32,551 nucleotides of DNA from Octopus bimaculoides (GCF_001194135.2 NC_069005.1:35057430-35089980), one strand, 5' to 3'; shown: positions 1 through 11,486, counted from the stretch's first letter. The notes: generated from the letters alone by a model not told the origin. Numbers and translations are program-made.

Positions 1-46
1 TATATATATATATATATTTATTTATTTATTTAATTACCTTATATAT

Positions 47-232
47 GCTTCTCTACTCTAAGCACAAGGACCGAAATTCTTGAAGAGCGGAGGGCAGTCG
101 ATTAGATCGACCACAGTGCGCAACTGGTACTTAATTTATCGACCCCTTAAAGGATGAAAGGCAAAGTCGACCTCGGTGGAATTTGAACTCAGAACGTAAA
201 GCGTGTTAACGCTTCTGCCAGCTCAACGCCTT
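47..232 (-). mobile_element. tRNA-derived SINE (family A), internally deleted
   Basis: Reverse complement reads GGCGTTGAGCTGGCAGAAGCGTTAACACGC|TTTACGTTCTGAGTTCAAATTCCACCGAGGTCGACTTTGCCTTTCATCCTTTAAGGGGTCGATAAATTAAGTACCAGTT. It aligns by eye to the copies at 20558, 20788 and 29288 and has a B-box-like GAGTTCAAATTCC. Confidence 0.9.
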
Positions 233-282
233 TCTAACCTTATATAGTATATCATATACGTGTGTTTGTGTGTGTGTGACAC

Positions 283-316
<34 letters not shown>
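283..316 (+). repeat. (TAGA)n tetranucleotide microsatellite
   Basis: Direct reading. Confidence 0.95.
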
Positions 317-318
<2 letters not shown>

Positions 319-648
319 GAGAGAGTGGGAAAAGAGAGCTTGGGTGGGCACGGACGGATAAGAAGTTGTAGAGAAAGTAAATTGGTGAAAGAGAATGCAA
401 TGAATATATGAATGAGTACGGAGACAATCAAATAATGACCACCTGTCGAGTGCCTTTTGTTAAGAGGAGGTTTCACTTTACAAGTCTGCAGCATTTGGAC
501 AATCAATCCACTCTGCATTGCAATGAAGGGCAAACTTGAACGACGGGGAGGTGGGGAGAAGATGGGGAAGACACGCCACCATCACAGCTAACACCAGCAC
601 CCACATCAACAATAATAGAATAATGGAAGGAGAAAACAAGCTGGTTTG

Positions 649-649
<1 letters not shown>

Positions 650-691
<42 letters not shown>

Positions 692-1340
692 ATATATATA
701 TACATACGTATATATACATATATATATATACATATATTTTACATGCAAAATACAAATACACACACATATACATACATTATATATATACATATACATACAT
801 GTATAGATATATATACATCTACATATATATGTCCTTATATATAAATATTTGCTTTTATATATATATATATACACACACACACATTTATGCATGTAATATA
901 TGTATATTAATGTACGAGTTTAATTTCTCAGTTAGGATAGTCCTATGTAATACACTTAGCAGCTGGTTGGCGATGAATTATGCATATGATGCACACACAC
1001 ACACACACATCGTTATTTGTATGCACATATAGACAGGTGAAGTTATATATAAATACAATATATATATGCACGTGTGTGAGTGTGTATGTATTTCTGTGTG
1101 TCCTTCATTATGTTTCAACTATTTATGACTAAATGCATATTTATACGGATAAGTCTATTCAGAGACATTTATTAATGTATTCATAGATGAATGAATGGAT
1201 GTGCATATACATGCATTTGTGTATATATGTGTGCATGTTTGTATGCATATAATGTTTGTATATATACATATATGTATATATGTGTTCATATATGCATGCT
1301 TATGTGTAGGTAAGCACAAACATATGGGCACACATGTTTT
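650..1340. repeat. Compound (TA)n / TACA / CA / TG alternating purine-pyrimidine low-complexity array
   Basis: Direct reading; source of the [12 protein letters not shown] pseudo-ORFs. Confidence 0.9.
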
Positions 1341-1393
1341 TATAATTTTATATGAATATACGACGTGAAAATATATCTATGGACATCCGTTAC

Positions 1394-1438
<45 letters not shown>

Positions 1439-1649
1439 CACACACATAAGTAGATAGATAGATAGATAGATAGTTGCGGCCAACAAAAGTGAGAAAGTGA
1501 GATGTAAAAGCTGGAAACACGTTGTGGAGTAAGGTTCGGGTAAGAGTAGGTCACGTGAGTCGCAAAACTCATGAATATTCATGAAGACAAATCGAGAAGG
1601 CAATTTAGATTAGTGAGTGATAATTTCTTACTGGGGAGACTAATTGTTT

Positions 1650-1880
1650 AGGGGGTGTGGTGTGAGGAGAGGGTTGTGATGGTGGTGGTGGCAGTTGTCG
1701 TGACGTAGCATTGGTGGTGTTGATGGTAGTAGTAATTTTGGTGGTGGTGAGAGCAGTGATAGTGGTGGCTTGTGTAGAAGTGGTGTCAGCTATGATGGCA
1801 TTGGTTGTTGTAGGGTAGTGTTGGTGGTAGTGCTCTGATGTTTGCATTAGGTGGTAGCTGGGTTATTGGTTGGTTGGTTG
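1650..1880 (+). repeat. Cryptic (GGT/GTT/GAT)n trinucleotide low-complexity tract
   Basis: Direct reading; similar tracts at 5540-5645, 7130-7356, 15880-16020 and, as the ACC complement, 26815-26880. Confidence 0.85.
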
Positions 1881-2249
1881 GTACATCCCCCTACAATATA
1901 CCCCGATAAAGTATTAACCAGGATGGAGACCTCATAACACTTGTACAAACCTGTACATCTTCTCCATTGCTTTATTACCATCGTCAAGACCTTGCAAATT
2001 TAAGAATTCAAATAAGAAAACGCATAAATGATGGTCATTACACACTTCTTTATTTGAAAAAAGTTGAAAAATTGAACGATCTTCACTATTTATTTATTAA
2101 GGTCGTTCATTCTTTTATATCGATCCACCGACCGACCGATTGAGTAAACAGAACCAACGAAGGCATTAATAAAGAATATCAGAAACAGCTGTGAGTCTAT
2201 AATGCACAAATAAAGAAATATGTAAAACCCATTATTTATGCCTTTTATG

Positions 2250-2251
<2 letters not shown>

Positions 2252-2291
<40 letters not shown>
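2252..2291 (+). repeat. (CA)n microsatellite
   Basis: Direct reading. Confidence 0.95.
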
Positions 2292-2294
<3 letters not shown>

Positions 2295-2338
2295 AAAATG
2301 TCTAATTGATGCACACTGTTGTTTAAATCCTCCCTCAT

Positions 2339-2667
2339 AGGATTGTTCGTTTCAAGGATGTCTGCAAGAGAGATATGGAGTCAATAGATGTGGACGTCCT
2401 GAGATGGGAGAAGGTCACAAATGATCGCTCACGCTGGAGGCAAATATTGCGGAAGGAGATGAAGCGAAGAGAAACTGAAACTTTCCACCAAGGCAAAACT
2501 ATAGTAGTGCCGATAGAAAGCTTCTTCAAATACAGTCATTGCATGCGTGACCGCCACCCCCGTGGGAGCCTGTACAGCCACAGCAGACACTGCACCACCA
2601 TCAGTAGCTGACACAAATTCTCGAGACGTAGATCCGTGCTCTCACGAGACTGGCGGATGCCTACTGT
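2339..2667 (+). mobile_element. 5'-truncated RTE-clade LINE: ORF2 C-terminus plus 3' UTR
   Basis: Frame 2339-2611 reads RIVRFKDVCKRDMESIDVDVLRWEKVTNDRSRWRQILRK...FKYSHCMRDRHPRGSLYSHSRHC. This matches the RTE C-terminal motif R[FY]KDVCKRDM...W...A/T.DR..WR and a decayed terminal CxxC..CHSRxGLxSHxRxC zinc-finger-like motif. It is followed by an RTE-like 3' end (TCTCACGAGACTGGCGGATGCCTAC) and a TA run. Confidence 0.85.
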
Positions 2668-2738
2668 TATATATATATCATCTCCAGCCTTACCACTTGC
2701 TCCTACAGCGCACCAACGGTGATAGTTGAGCAACTTAC

Positions 2739-2936
2739 CGGAGTTGACAATGAAATCTTCTTCTAGAATCTGTAAGATCCGTGTGCCACGCGTGCATCCT
2801 TTTCCACTTATACCATCACACTCCTCTACAAAGACAGACAAAGAACCTCTAACATAGATGACGTCACTGTCGCATACTTCCGTCACTTGACAGTCACTGC
2901 TGCACAACTTTTTCGACCAACCCAACGTCAGCCATC
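2739..2936 (-). CDS. Candidate internal exon (198 bp, phase 1-1), unidentified protein
   Basis: ATTTCAG| acceptor and strong CG|GTAAGT donor. Open frame xWLTLGWSKKLCSSDCQVTEVCDSDVIYVRGSLSVFVEECDGISGKGCTRGTRILQILEEDFIVNS in unique sequence. No homology confirmed. Confidence 0.3.
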
Positions 2937-3605
2937 CTGAAATATGATCCAAAGTAATACACTAAATGTATACAATCTACGATCTCTCAGTGGAAATGAA
3001 TCTTAGCGATTTCGTGACTCACTAGAAATGGCAGTTGAATCACATTTTATTCTTCACCCTACCAAACTGCAACTAACAGTATCATCAAAAGCAGCCATAC
3101 ACTCCAAGCCTGTGAGCCAAAAGTTCATAACGCACGTCGCAACGACGAAACTATCACCATTGCCCGAGTCCGCAGCATTATCCCCTCCCCCGGACTGTTA
3201 GCAAAACAGCAATTGACAACGGGTCATACGACAGGGCCCAGGTGATGTCGATGCAAAGGAATCTGTAGTGTGTGCGCCAACTGCAAGTGAACCTGCATCT
3301 GTAGATATGCGTGTGTATAATGCAAGTGAGCCATGCAAAATGTACTCTTATACCAGTCTGTGAGAAAGCAGCACGATATGAGCTGACATAGAAATGGATG
3401 CGCAGAGGTGAACAGAACAAATGACATCAATATTTTGTAAAACAGAGATTGGTTTATTTTCGTATGACCACGTGCTCTGAAATAAATGCTAGGTTGGTAG
3501 GATCAAATCTGTTGAAGATCAACCACATAATTAAAATATTATCTGTACTGTGGCTGGAGTCGTGTCAATGTGTATGCAAGTGTATGTGATAATGTTGCTG
3601 CTGTT

Positions 3606-3715
<110 letters not shown>

Positions 3716-5069
3716 TGAAACAAACCCACACTGAATGCGTAGTAAATCAACTCGAGAGAAAAAGAAATATGATGACAAACATGTTACGGAGTTTTCGAGT
3801 AAGAAAAGACAGATTCAAAACGGTTAAGAAACTGAATTGATTAATTACAATTTTGAAACGAAAGAAAACACTGGTCTGTTTGTAAGAAGGATTAACAGGA
3901 TATAAAACTAATCCAAAACATTTACAGGAATCACAGCGGTAATTTTAGTATTTCTTAAGAGAAATAGTAATTCCATATTCCGTATTTTCATGTCTTGGAG
4001 TCATCTTGTGTAAGAGATGTCGGTACTACTGCGTCGCCTTTGATCAAGGTTCCGCATGACTGGTGATAGCTGCTTACTGTTAATTCGCATTGAAGCGAGG
4101 CAACAACGGGGCGAAAGCTGGCCCCTAAAATCCCCGTGGAAAAAAAAACAAAAAAAATCAGTGAACTGAGTTGACAGCCAAAAACATTTTTAAGGAGACA
4201 TCTAACTGTCAACAATTTTGGAAGACATAAAACAGTTTATAAATCACGTGACGGTCAACTGTGTAAAGAAATGAAAATACGTGATGTGACAATTCGTTTA
4301 CTAAAAAAATATGTACTTTCTAAGAATAATGTTGGTTGGGAATTGAAAGAATGATCACAGAAACAACAAGAACAAGCTCATATTTCTTTAAACACCAACA
4401 AAAAATATACCTCTTCTAATCATGTTGGTAAACTAATGTAATGCTAATTATATAGCATACAGTTTTGATAGAATAGATTTTAAAATGGTAGAATTCAGTA
4501 GTGGGCATTTTGAAATCTTTATTGAGAATATTTAAATCAAATCTTGCATAAATGTGTTTGTGAATTTATATAAACGACATTATTGTGTTTTAGTACGTCA
4601 TTTGGGAAATGTATCGAAAGTTTTCGTGTCAGTGGAATAAATTGTGTTGTAAAGTCAAACAAATGCAAGTAGATATTTAAACTGGGAGAAGTTTTCGTGT
4701 CACGTCTAAAACAAAAAGCTGGTCTGTAGGCATTCGAAAGAAAGAGAGAGAGGGAGAGAGAGAAAAAGAGGAAGAGAGAGGAGACAAAACAGAATAAAAT
4801 GACTGCGACCAAACAACCGGGGTGGGGTAGAAAGAAAGAAAGAAACTTGTCTCGTGTCCAGAGATTGATCCAAGACAACGAAATCCCGAAAATGATTCAA
4901 TAGCTTACTAGTTCGCGAACCAAAAATTTTGATTGGTTTAAATAACACACGTGACAACCTTGAAACTGACAAGTCTAATTGAATAGTCACACACACACAC
5001 ATCTCTGCGTGTCCATATATTTCTTAAACTATTGTTCTTAGACTCAACTCCAACTCTTCATGACTACAA

Positions 5070-5178
5070 GTTACAGAACATGTAGCCACTCTGTGCGTGT
5101 GTGTGCTTACGATATATAATGTATATGTTATACATAGACACACGCACAAACGTATAGATAGATATAGACATGTATATG

Positions 5179-5226
<48 letters not shown>

Positions 5227-5255
5227 TGTACATACACACACACACACACACACAC

Positions 5256-5294
<39 letters not shown>

Positions 5295-5445
5295 GTATGT
5301 ATGTATGTGTGCGTGTGTGTATGTATGTATGCATGTGCATATATGCGCATCCACACATCCATAAATTCAGTTATACACAACCCCCGTACATTTGTGTGTG
5401 TGTGCGTGTGTGTGCGTGTGCGTGTGCGTGGGTGTGTGTGTGTGT
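5070..5445. repeat. Compound TA/CA/TG/TATG alternating purine-pyrimidine array
   Basis: Direct reading. Confidence 0.9.
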
Positions 5446-5472
5446 TTACAAGACAAATATTGCTGTGAGGCT

Positions 5473-5485
5473 GTCCCCTAGCAAC
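5473..5485 (+). promoter_or_regulatory. RFX X-box-like motif GTCCCCTAGCAAC
   Basis: Fits GTYNCY-N(0-3)-RGNAAC; motif match only. Confidence 0.25.
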
Positions 5486-5797
5486 GGAACTATCCAGAAC
5501 ATTTTCCGTGTTAAGATAGACAAAGGTGGTTGTGTCGACATCGTCGTTGTCGTTGTTGTTGTTTTTGATGGTGGTGATGATGATGATGGTGGTGGTAGGA
5601 TGGAGATGTCGATGGTGTAGTGGTGGTGGTGGTGGTGGTGGTAGTCATGGTCAGAGCGGCAGTAGTGATGCTGAGGTGGTTGTGGCAGTATGATGCACCG
5701 TGAAATAAAGGGGAGACATTTCAATTTCAAATCTCGCTACGATAGTTCCACTCTATTTCATCCATCTTTCAGTGAGGCACGAACATCACAACAGCAC

Positions 5798-5981
5798 CTG
5801 TGAGACAGGATGCCGTGGCCAACACACTGCAGAATCCAATCCGTAGGGAGGATCGTCCTGAAGATCAAAATATCCGAAGCTGCTGTGGCATAGCGGCCTT
5901 GGGTCACAATCAACTCTAACTTGAAAGAATACTGGTGGAATATTCCTGTTAAAATTTCGGTAAAATCTAAGCATAGCAGAC
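5798..5981 (-). CDS. Candidate internal exon (184 bp, phase 2-0), unidentified protein
   Basis: TTTCTTTAG| acceptor and weak CAG|GTGCTG donor. Open frame SAMLRFYRNFNRNIPPVFFQVRVDCDPRPLCHSSFGYFDLQDDPPYGLDSAVCWPRHPVSQ. Confidence 0.25.
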
Positions 5982-6341
5982 CTAAAGAAATTGATCTGGG
6001 ACAATCAAATTGACCAGTAGGTATCAGTGTTAAAGATAAGTGGAAAATAAAGCATTTCTGTTGAATTAACGAGAAATCTGTAGATACTACAACTGGACTA
6101 TAAGATTTATACCTGTAATTATCTGAGCTCTGGGTTGTGTAACTAACTCAGCACCAAAGTTGGGATGCTGACTAATTCTGTTGCCAGAAAGCTTGGCAGT
6201 GACAGCAACATTGATAACCAAAATCTAAGATCAACAAGCAGGGTATTAACTTTCAGGGTAGAAAGGGATTTTGGAATGCGGAGTTAGTTTACATCCGAAT
6301 ATACTGTTGTTATAGTTACTTACGTCAGTGAAGACGGTTCG

Positions 6342-6355
6342 GTTGCCATAGTTAC
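6342..6355 (+). promoter_or_regulatory. RFX X-box-like motif GTTGCCATAGTTAC
   Basis: Close to GTTGCCATAGCAAC; a degenerate copy GTTGTTATAGTTAC lies at 6306-6319. Motif match only. Confidence 0.3.
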
Positions 6356-7356
6356 TTTTCAATGTTTAAATTTCACATTTACCATTCATCTCAGAGTTTG
6401 CTTACATAAATACCAGTTATGTAATAGGTGCTATTCGCTCCTCTTAAACTAAATTTGGTGGTCGATATAAACCGTTGCCTGTTTTAGCATCACCTGATTT
6501 TGGACTGGTTTTAAGGGAACTTTTGGAGCAGGCTTCTGGCTTCAGAATAACTTCCTTCCTCGTTTCTTCCTTCCTTTCTTTCTTTCTCTGTTCCTTCCCA
6601 GCCTCCTTAACTGATAAGTTTAAAAACAAAACAAACTCTCTTCTCTATGAAAGAAATAAGCGTTATTGTCGGATGAGATCGAATCCCAGGGGAGCAAAAG
6701 TTGAGCACCTTACACTGGTTTAATTTCCAGCAGAAAGTAAATCACTCGTGTTGTCAATGTTTTACGGGAAAGGCATCAATGTTGCGAAATCTCATCCCAC
6801 TCCACCCCCACCGTCGTTTTTCCCCTCACAAAAGAACCATTGCAGGTAGGGTGGGTGGATGATGTCCAGAAAAGGATCAACATCACAACATCACACCTCA
6901 CCCTCTGAAAACATTGATTTAATGAGTTCCTAGCGATTAAGACCTGATCCAGCAGTGTGTTACACAGGAGACATGGCGGACCGGGTTCAATTCTCCGTGA
7001 GAGCCATTTAAACACAGGAAGTTGACGGTCGAAGAATCATGTCACAGAAATAGAAGAAAACCGGAAGTGGTGAGGAGTGACCGACCTAGGGCTACACAAC
7101 AACAACAACTACGACTACAACTTGTGTTTACTATCGATGTTATTGTTTTTGTTGTTGATTCTGCTGCTGCTGCTGCTGCCGTAGTTATAGTTCTTGTTAT
7201 TGTTGATATCGTAATGTTATCGATGTTGCTATGGTTACAGCTGATATTGTTGTCACTGCTCCCGTTGTTGTTCTTGTTATTGGGATTGCTGGCGGTGAAG
7301 ATTGATAGCGGTGGCAGTGGTGGTGGCTGGTGTTAATGTTGATGGCGACGGTGGTG

Positions 7357-8116
7357 NNNNNNNNNNNNNNNNNNNNNNNNNNNNNNNNNNNNNNNNNNNN
7401 NNNNNNNNNNNNNNNNNNNNNNNNNNNNNNNNNNNNNNNNNNNNNNNNNNNNNNNNNNNNNNNNNNNNNNNNNNNNNNNNNNNNNNNNNNNNNNNNNNNN
7501 NNNNNNNNNNNNNNNNNNNNNNNNNNNNNNNNNNNNNNNNNNNNNNNNNNNNNNNNNNNNNNNNNNNNNNNNNNNNNNNNNNNNNNNNNNNNNNNNNNNN
7601 NNNNNNNNNNNNNNNNNNNNNNNNNNNNNNNNNNNNNNNNNNNNNNNNNNNNNNNNNNNNNNNNNNNNNNNNNNNNNNNNNNNNNNNNNNNNNNNNNNNN
7701 NNNNNNNNNNNNNNNNNNNNNNNNNNNNNNNNNNNNNNNNNNNNNNNNNNNNNNNNNNNNNNNNNNNNNNNNNNNNNNNNNNNNNNNNNNNNNNNNNNNN
7801 NNNNNNNNNNNNNNNNNNNNNNNNNNNNNNNNNNNNNNNNNNNNNNNNNNNNNNNNNNNNNNNNNNNNNNNNNNNNNNNNNNNNNNNNNNNNNNNNNNNN
7901 NNNNNNNNNNNNNNNNNNNNNNNNNNNNNNNNNNNNNNNNNNNNNNNNNNNNNNNNNNNNNNNNNNNNNNNNNNNNNNNNNNNNNNNNNNNNNNNNNNNN
8001 NNNNNNNNNNNNNNNNNNNNNNNNNNNNNNNNNNNNNNNNNNNNNNNNNNNNNNNNNNNNNNNNNNNNNNNNNNNNNNNNNNNNNNNNNNNNNNNNNNNN
8101 NNNNNNNNNNNNNNNN
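7357..8116. other. Assembly gap (N-run)
   Basis: Ns. Other gaps: 9214-9410, 11487-11656, 12466-12603, 17609-18143, 25807-25969, 28190-28250; most abut microsatellites. Confidence 0.99.
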
Positions 8117-8419
8117 ATATGCATATCCATGGTAATATAAATGTACATGTATGTTTTGTGCATATACATACATATGTACATATACACATAGCTGTATGTA
8201 TGTCTATTGATTTTCCGACGTCATTGCTTTACTCTCCGTTATCAAGCAGCCAAATGTCAGTCGCTATTAAAGATGCAACAACAGCAACAACAATAACAAA
8301 CTTACTAGGAAAGATATGACAACATCATCATCATCATCATCATCTCGAAACCCAACATCAATAACAACAGCATTAATATGAATCAGGAACTTCATAACAT
8401 TTAGCAATGAGAGCTAAAT

Positions 8420-8520
8420 ACTATATATATACATATACACACGCACAAACCTCCCACACACACATACACGCATGCATATACATATGTACATGTATGTTTA
8501 TATACACGTAAATATTTCTA

Positions 8521-8551
<31 letters not shown>

Positions 8552-8966
8552 CTTGTCAATGTACGGCAGAGTGTATTTTTATTGTGTAGTGGTGCATTTA
8601 GACGGTGGCGGGGTAAAGCTCAGAGGGCGGCGGGGACTGGCGACAGTTTTTTAGCAGATAGATACATACATACATGTACATACGAACACATATATCTACA
8701 TACATATACCTACATACACATGTACAGATATATATTTACATATGTACGCACAAATACATATACACACATGTATATATATATATATATATGCATACATACA
8801 TTTATACAGACACGCATGTATATAATGCACTCGCGCATACGCATACACATGTGTGCACAACTCAATCATGCACACGTGTGGACACATCCTCTTTAAAGGC
8901 AACATCAAACGTCAGCATTGAGAGAATGGTATATACACACCCACACACGCATACACGCGTACATTT

Positions 8967-9011
<45 letters not shown>

Positions 9012-9050
9012 TGCACAAAAACTCGCACGCAGGTAACCAACACACACATA
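8420..9050. repeat. Compound TACA/CA/TG/TA low-complexity array (interrupted at about 8560-8660)
   Basis: Direct reading. Confidence 0.85.
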
Positions 9051-9751
9051 CGCACAGATAGGGAGAATTGACAATTTTCCGTAACCATGGTTTCAAGCTT
9101 GGAAAACGGAAGTAACGTCGGAAGGCCATGGGTTCCTGACAGATGAACGAGCAAGGCATTGTGGGAAGGAAGTGATTTGTTGATCAGAGCATGTTGTTAT
9201 ACAGAAAGACAAANNNNNNNNNNNNNNNNNNNNNNNNNNNNNNNNNNNNNNNNNNNNNNNNNNNNNNNNNNNNNNNNNNNNNNNNNNNNNNNNNNNNNNN
9301 NNNNNNNNNNNNNNNNNNNNNNNNNNNNNNNNNNNNNNNNNNNNNNNNNNNNNNNNNNNNNNNNNNNNNNNNNNNNNNNNNNNNNNNNNNNNNNNNNNNN
9401 NNNNNNNNNNACCTCCCCCTTTCAACCATTCACTCAGCAGCGAAAGAAAATGGTGGACTTTGCGAGGAGGATGCGTCGAGCATCACCATCAGCAGCATCT
9501 CCCTCCGCCTTCCCCTCTTCCTCCTCCTCATCATCATCATCAACAGCAACGAGAGTATAAATGAATATCAACTTAACAACAGAAACAGCAACAACAAAAG
9601 TTACTATTAAATCGACAACAACAACAACAACAACAACAAAGCCATGAAGTGCAAACAATGGACGAATCCTTCGTACTTTAAAAAAACACACGGAGTATAC
9701 GGTTTCAATCCCCGCAGGCAGCAGCTGAGTTTATAATTTCGACACTAAGGA

Positions 9752-9855
9752 GTACTCTTTTTAGTAAATGTAACAGTGAGGACCAATGAATACATGCATG
9801 TACTCTTTTTAGTAAATGTAACAGTGAGGACCAATGAATACATGCATGTACTCTT
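9752..9855. repeat. Perfect 48-bp tandem duplication (2 units + 8 bp)
   Basis: GTACTCTTTTTAGTAAATGTAACAGTGAGGACCAATGAATACATGCAT at 9752-9799 and 9800-9847, then GTACTCTT at 9848-9855. Confidence 0.97.
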
Positions 9856-9996
9856 GGTATGGCTACATTGAGTAAGTTTGTACTCGACAGGTTAAGGAGT
9901 ACAACTAGTTGTGTGACCAGCAAGAATCTTGTTCCTTTCAGATGACAGCAATAACAACAACAACATCAACAACGATGATTACAACAACAAGCTGAC

Positions 9997-10112
9997 CTCG
10001 TGACAACACTTGGATAAGGAGTCTTACATCCAGTGCCATCTACCGGAGGAACCATTTCTGCTAAAATGGTATTGGGAAGTTTATACAGCTGACACCGTAC
10101 TATGAATTTGAT
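9997..10112 (-). CDS. Candidate internal exon (116 bp, phase 0-2), unidentified protein
   Basis: TTCCACACTCAG| acceptor and AG|GTCAGC donor. Open frame IKFIVRCQLYKLPNTILAEMVPPVDGTGCKTPYPSVVT; phase-compatible with 5798-5981. Confidence 0.25.
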
Positions 10113-10259
10113 CTGAGTGTGGAATTAGAAAGCGCATTGCTTAATGTAGTCCAAGATATACTATGCCCACGAGAAGGCAGAGATTGCCATAGACAGTTTT
10201 TATCATGGGCCTGCTCAACTGGGCAGACCTAGGGTTAAACAACAACAGCAAGTGTTTAT

Positions 10260-10625
10260 AGGAAGTTGTTGCAGTGGTTTATAGCACCCGGATGTTTACA
10301 TGTGCAAGCTTTCTGAACGACCAATATTTGGATGATAACCGGAAGTAAGCATTTACTTTGAGAGTAATGTGTGGTACCGGAAGTTTGTATATGGATGCTA
10401 CTTTAGTACCCGGAAGTTATTGGGAGTTGATGCCATATGGATTGTACCGGAAGATGACCCACCGTTGGACATTACATGAACGCGTGGTGCTTTCCATACG
10501 ATGTTGCAGTGGCTATGATGCATGTCTTGTAGAACGAAGATATGTGACAGTTTTATAGTAGAAACGCCAACAGGAATAAATTCAGTTGATGACTACGGAA
10601 GTATCAGTCTTACACAACCGGAAGT
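10260..10625 (+). promoter_or_regulatory. Homotypic cluster of ETS-family sites (putative enhancer/promoter or decayed minisatellite)
   Basis: CCGGAAGT at 10339, 10377, 10410 and 10618; variants AGGAAGT (10260), CCGGATGT (10288), CCGGAAGA (10447) and ACGGAAGT (10595). All on the + strand. Confidence 0.5.
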
Positions 10626-10661
10626 ACAACTATTTCGGAATATAAGGTAAGCAAGCGGTCA

Positions 10662-10809
10662 ATAATAATAATAATCCTTTCTATTAAAGGCACAAGGCCT
10701 TGGAATTTGGGGGGAAGGGTTTAGTCAATTACATCGATCTCAGTGTTTCACTGGTTGGTCCTTAATTTATCGGCCCTGAAACGATGAAGGACAAAATCAA
10801 CCTCGGTGA

Positions 10810-10810
<1 letters not shown>
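10662..10810 (-). mobile_element. SINE family A, 5'-truncated, with (ATT)n tail
   Basis: Reverse complement CACCGAGGTTGATTTTGTCCTTCATCGTTTCAGGGCCGATAAATTAAGGACC...GGCCTTGTGCCTTTAATAGAAAGGATTATTATT matches the body and tail of the 20558 copy. Confidence 0.85.
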
Positions 10811-10843
<33 letters not shown>

Positions 10844-11432
10844 GTAGTAGTGGTAGCAATTTCCAAGCACATCAACAATAATAATCACAGAACCAGCAAA
10901 TACAACAACAACAACTCCAACCACATGTATTACACAAACAACAACAGTCAGAACATATTTTCCTATGAAATATCAACATTAGAGACAACAGATGTTCAGT
11001 TGATTGTCTTTTTTTTACACCTTGGTGGTGGTGGTGGTGGTGGTTGGTGGTAATTGGTGTTGTGATGATGTTTTTATAGTTGTTAACAAAATAGAGAAAT
11101 TCTTATTCATTTTTTAGTTGTGATCTGGAATTGTTGTTGTTGCTGTTGTTGTCGGTGTTGTTGTTGTCGGTGTTTCTAAGCTCGTTTCCAAGGTAAAAAT
11201 CGCAAAACAAGCATTTGAAGTTTAAGGAGTCCAAACTGGGGTTTTAGTGGTGTGTTCCCTTCCCAAGGAGAATACACATGTCTAGCTTGGTTAACATGTT
11301 TATTAGCGCGACAGAAATGGGTGACTAACACACACACACACAAACACATGCGCAGGTATACATATATACACACACATATATATTCATATTATGTGTGTAT
11401 GTATGTAGTCATACTTGTATGTATGCGTGTAA

Positions 11433-11486
<54 letters not shown>

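Noticed and set aside
4909-4958. 50-bp AG...GTAAGC-bounded segment as the linker exon between 5798 and the 4077-4123 segment
   Set aside because: The length fits the phases, but the required frame contains TAA, so the continuous gene model fails.
6660-7000. tRNA-like B-box motifs (GGGATTCGATCTC on -, GGGTTCAATTCTCC on +)
   Set aside because: Too degenerate to assign; possibly old SINE heads, but no cloverleaf or body match.
7197-8319. Long ORFs of 277-330 aa, and similar ones at 9093-9610, 11252-11817, 12301-12695, 17464-18234 and 25655-26204
   Set aside because: They are open only because they run through N gaps.
10330-10460. CRISPR-like repeat-spacer periodicity
   Set aside because: The shared element is only 7-8 bp and the context is eukaryotic with no cas genes; no CRISPR array exists anywhere in the window.
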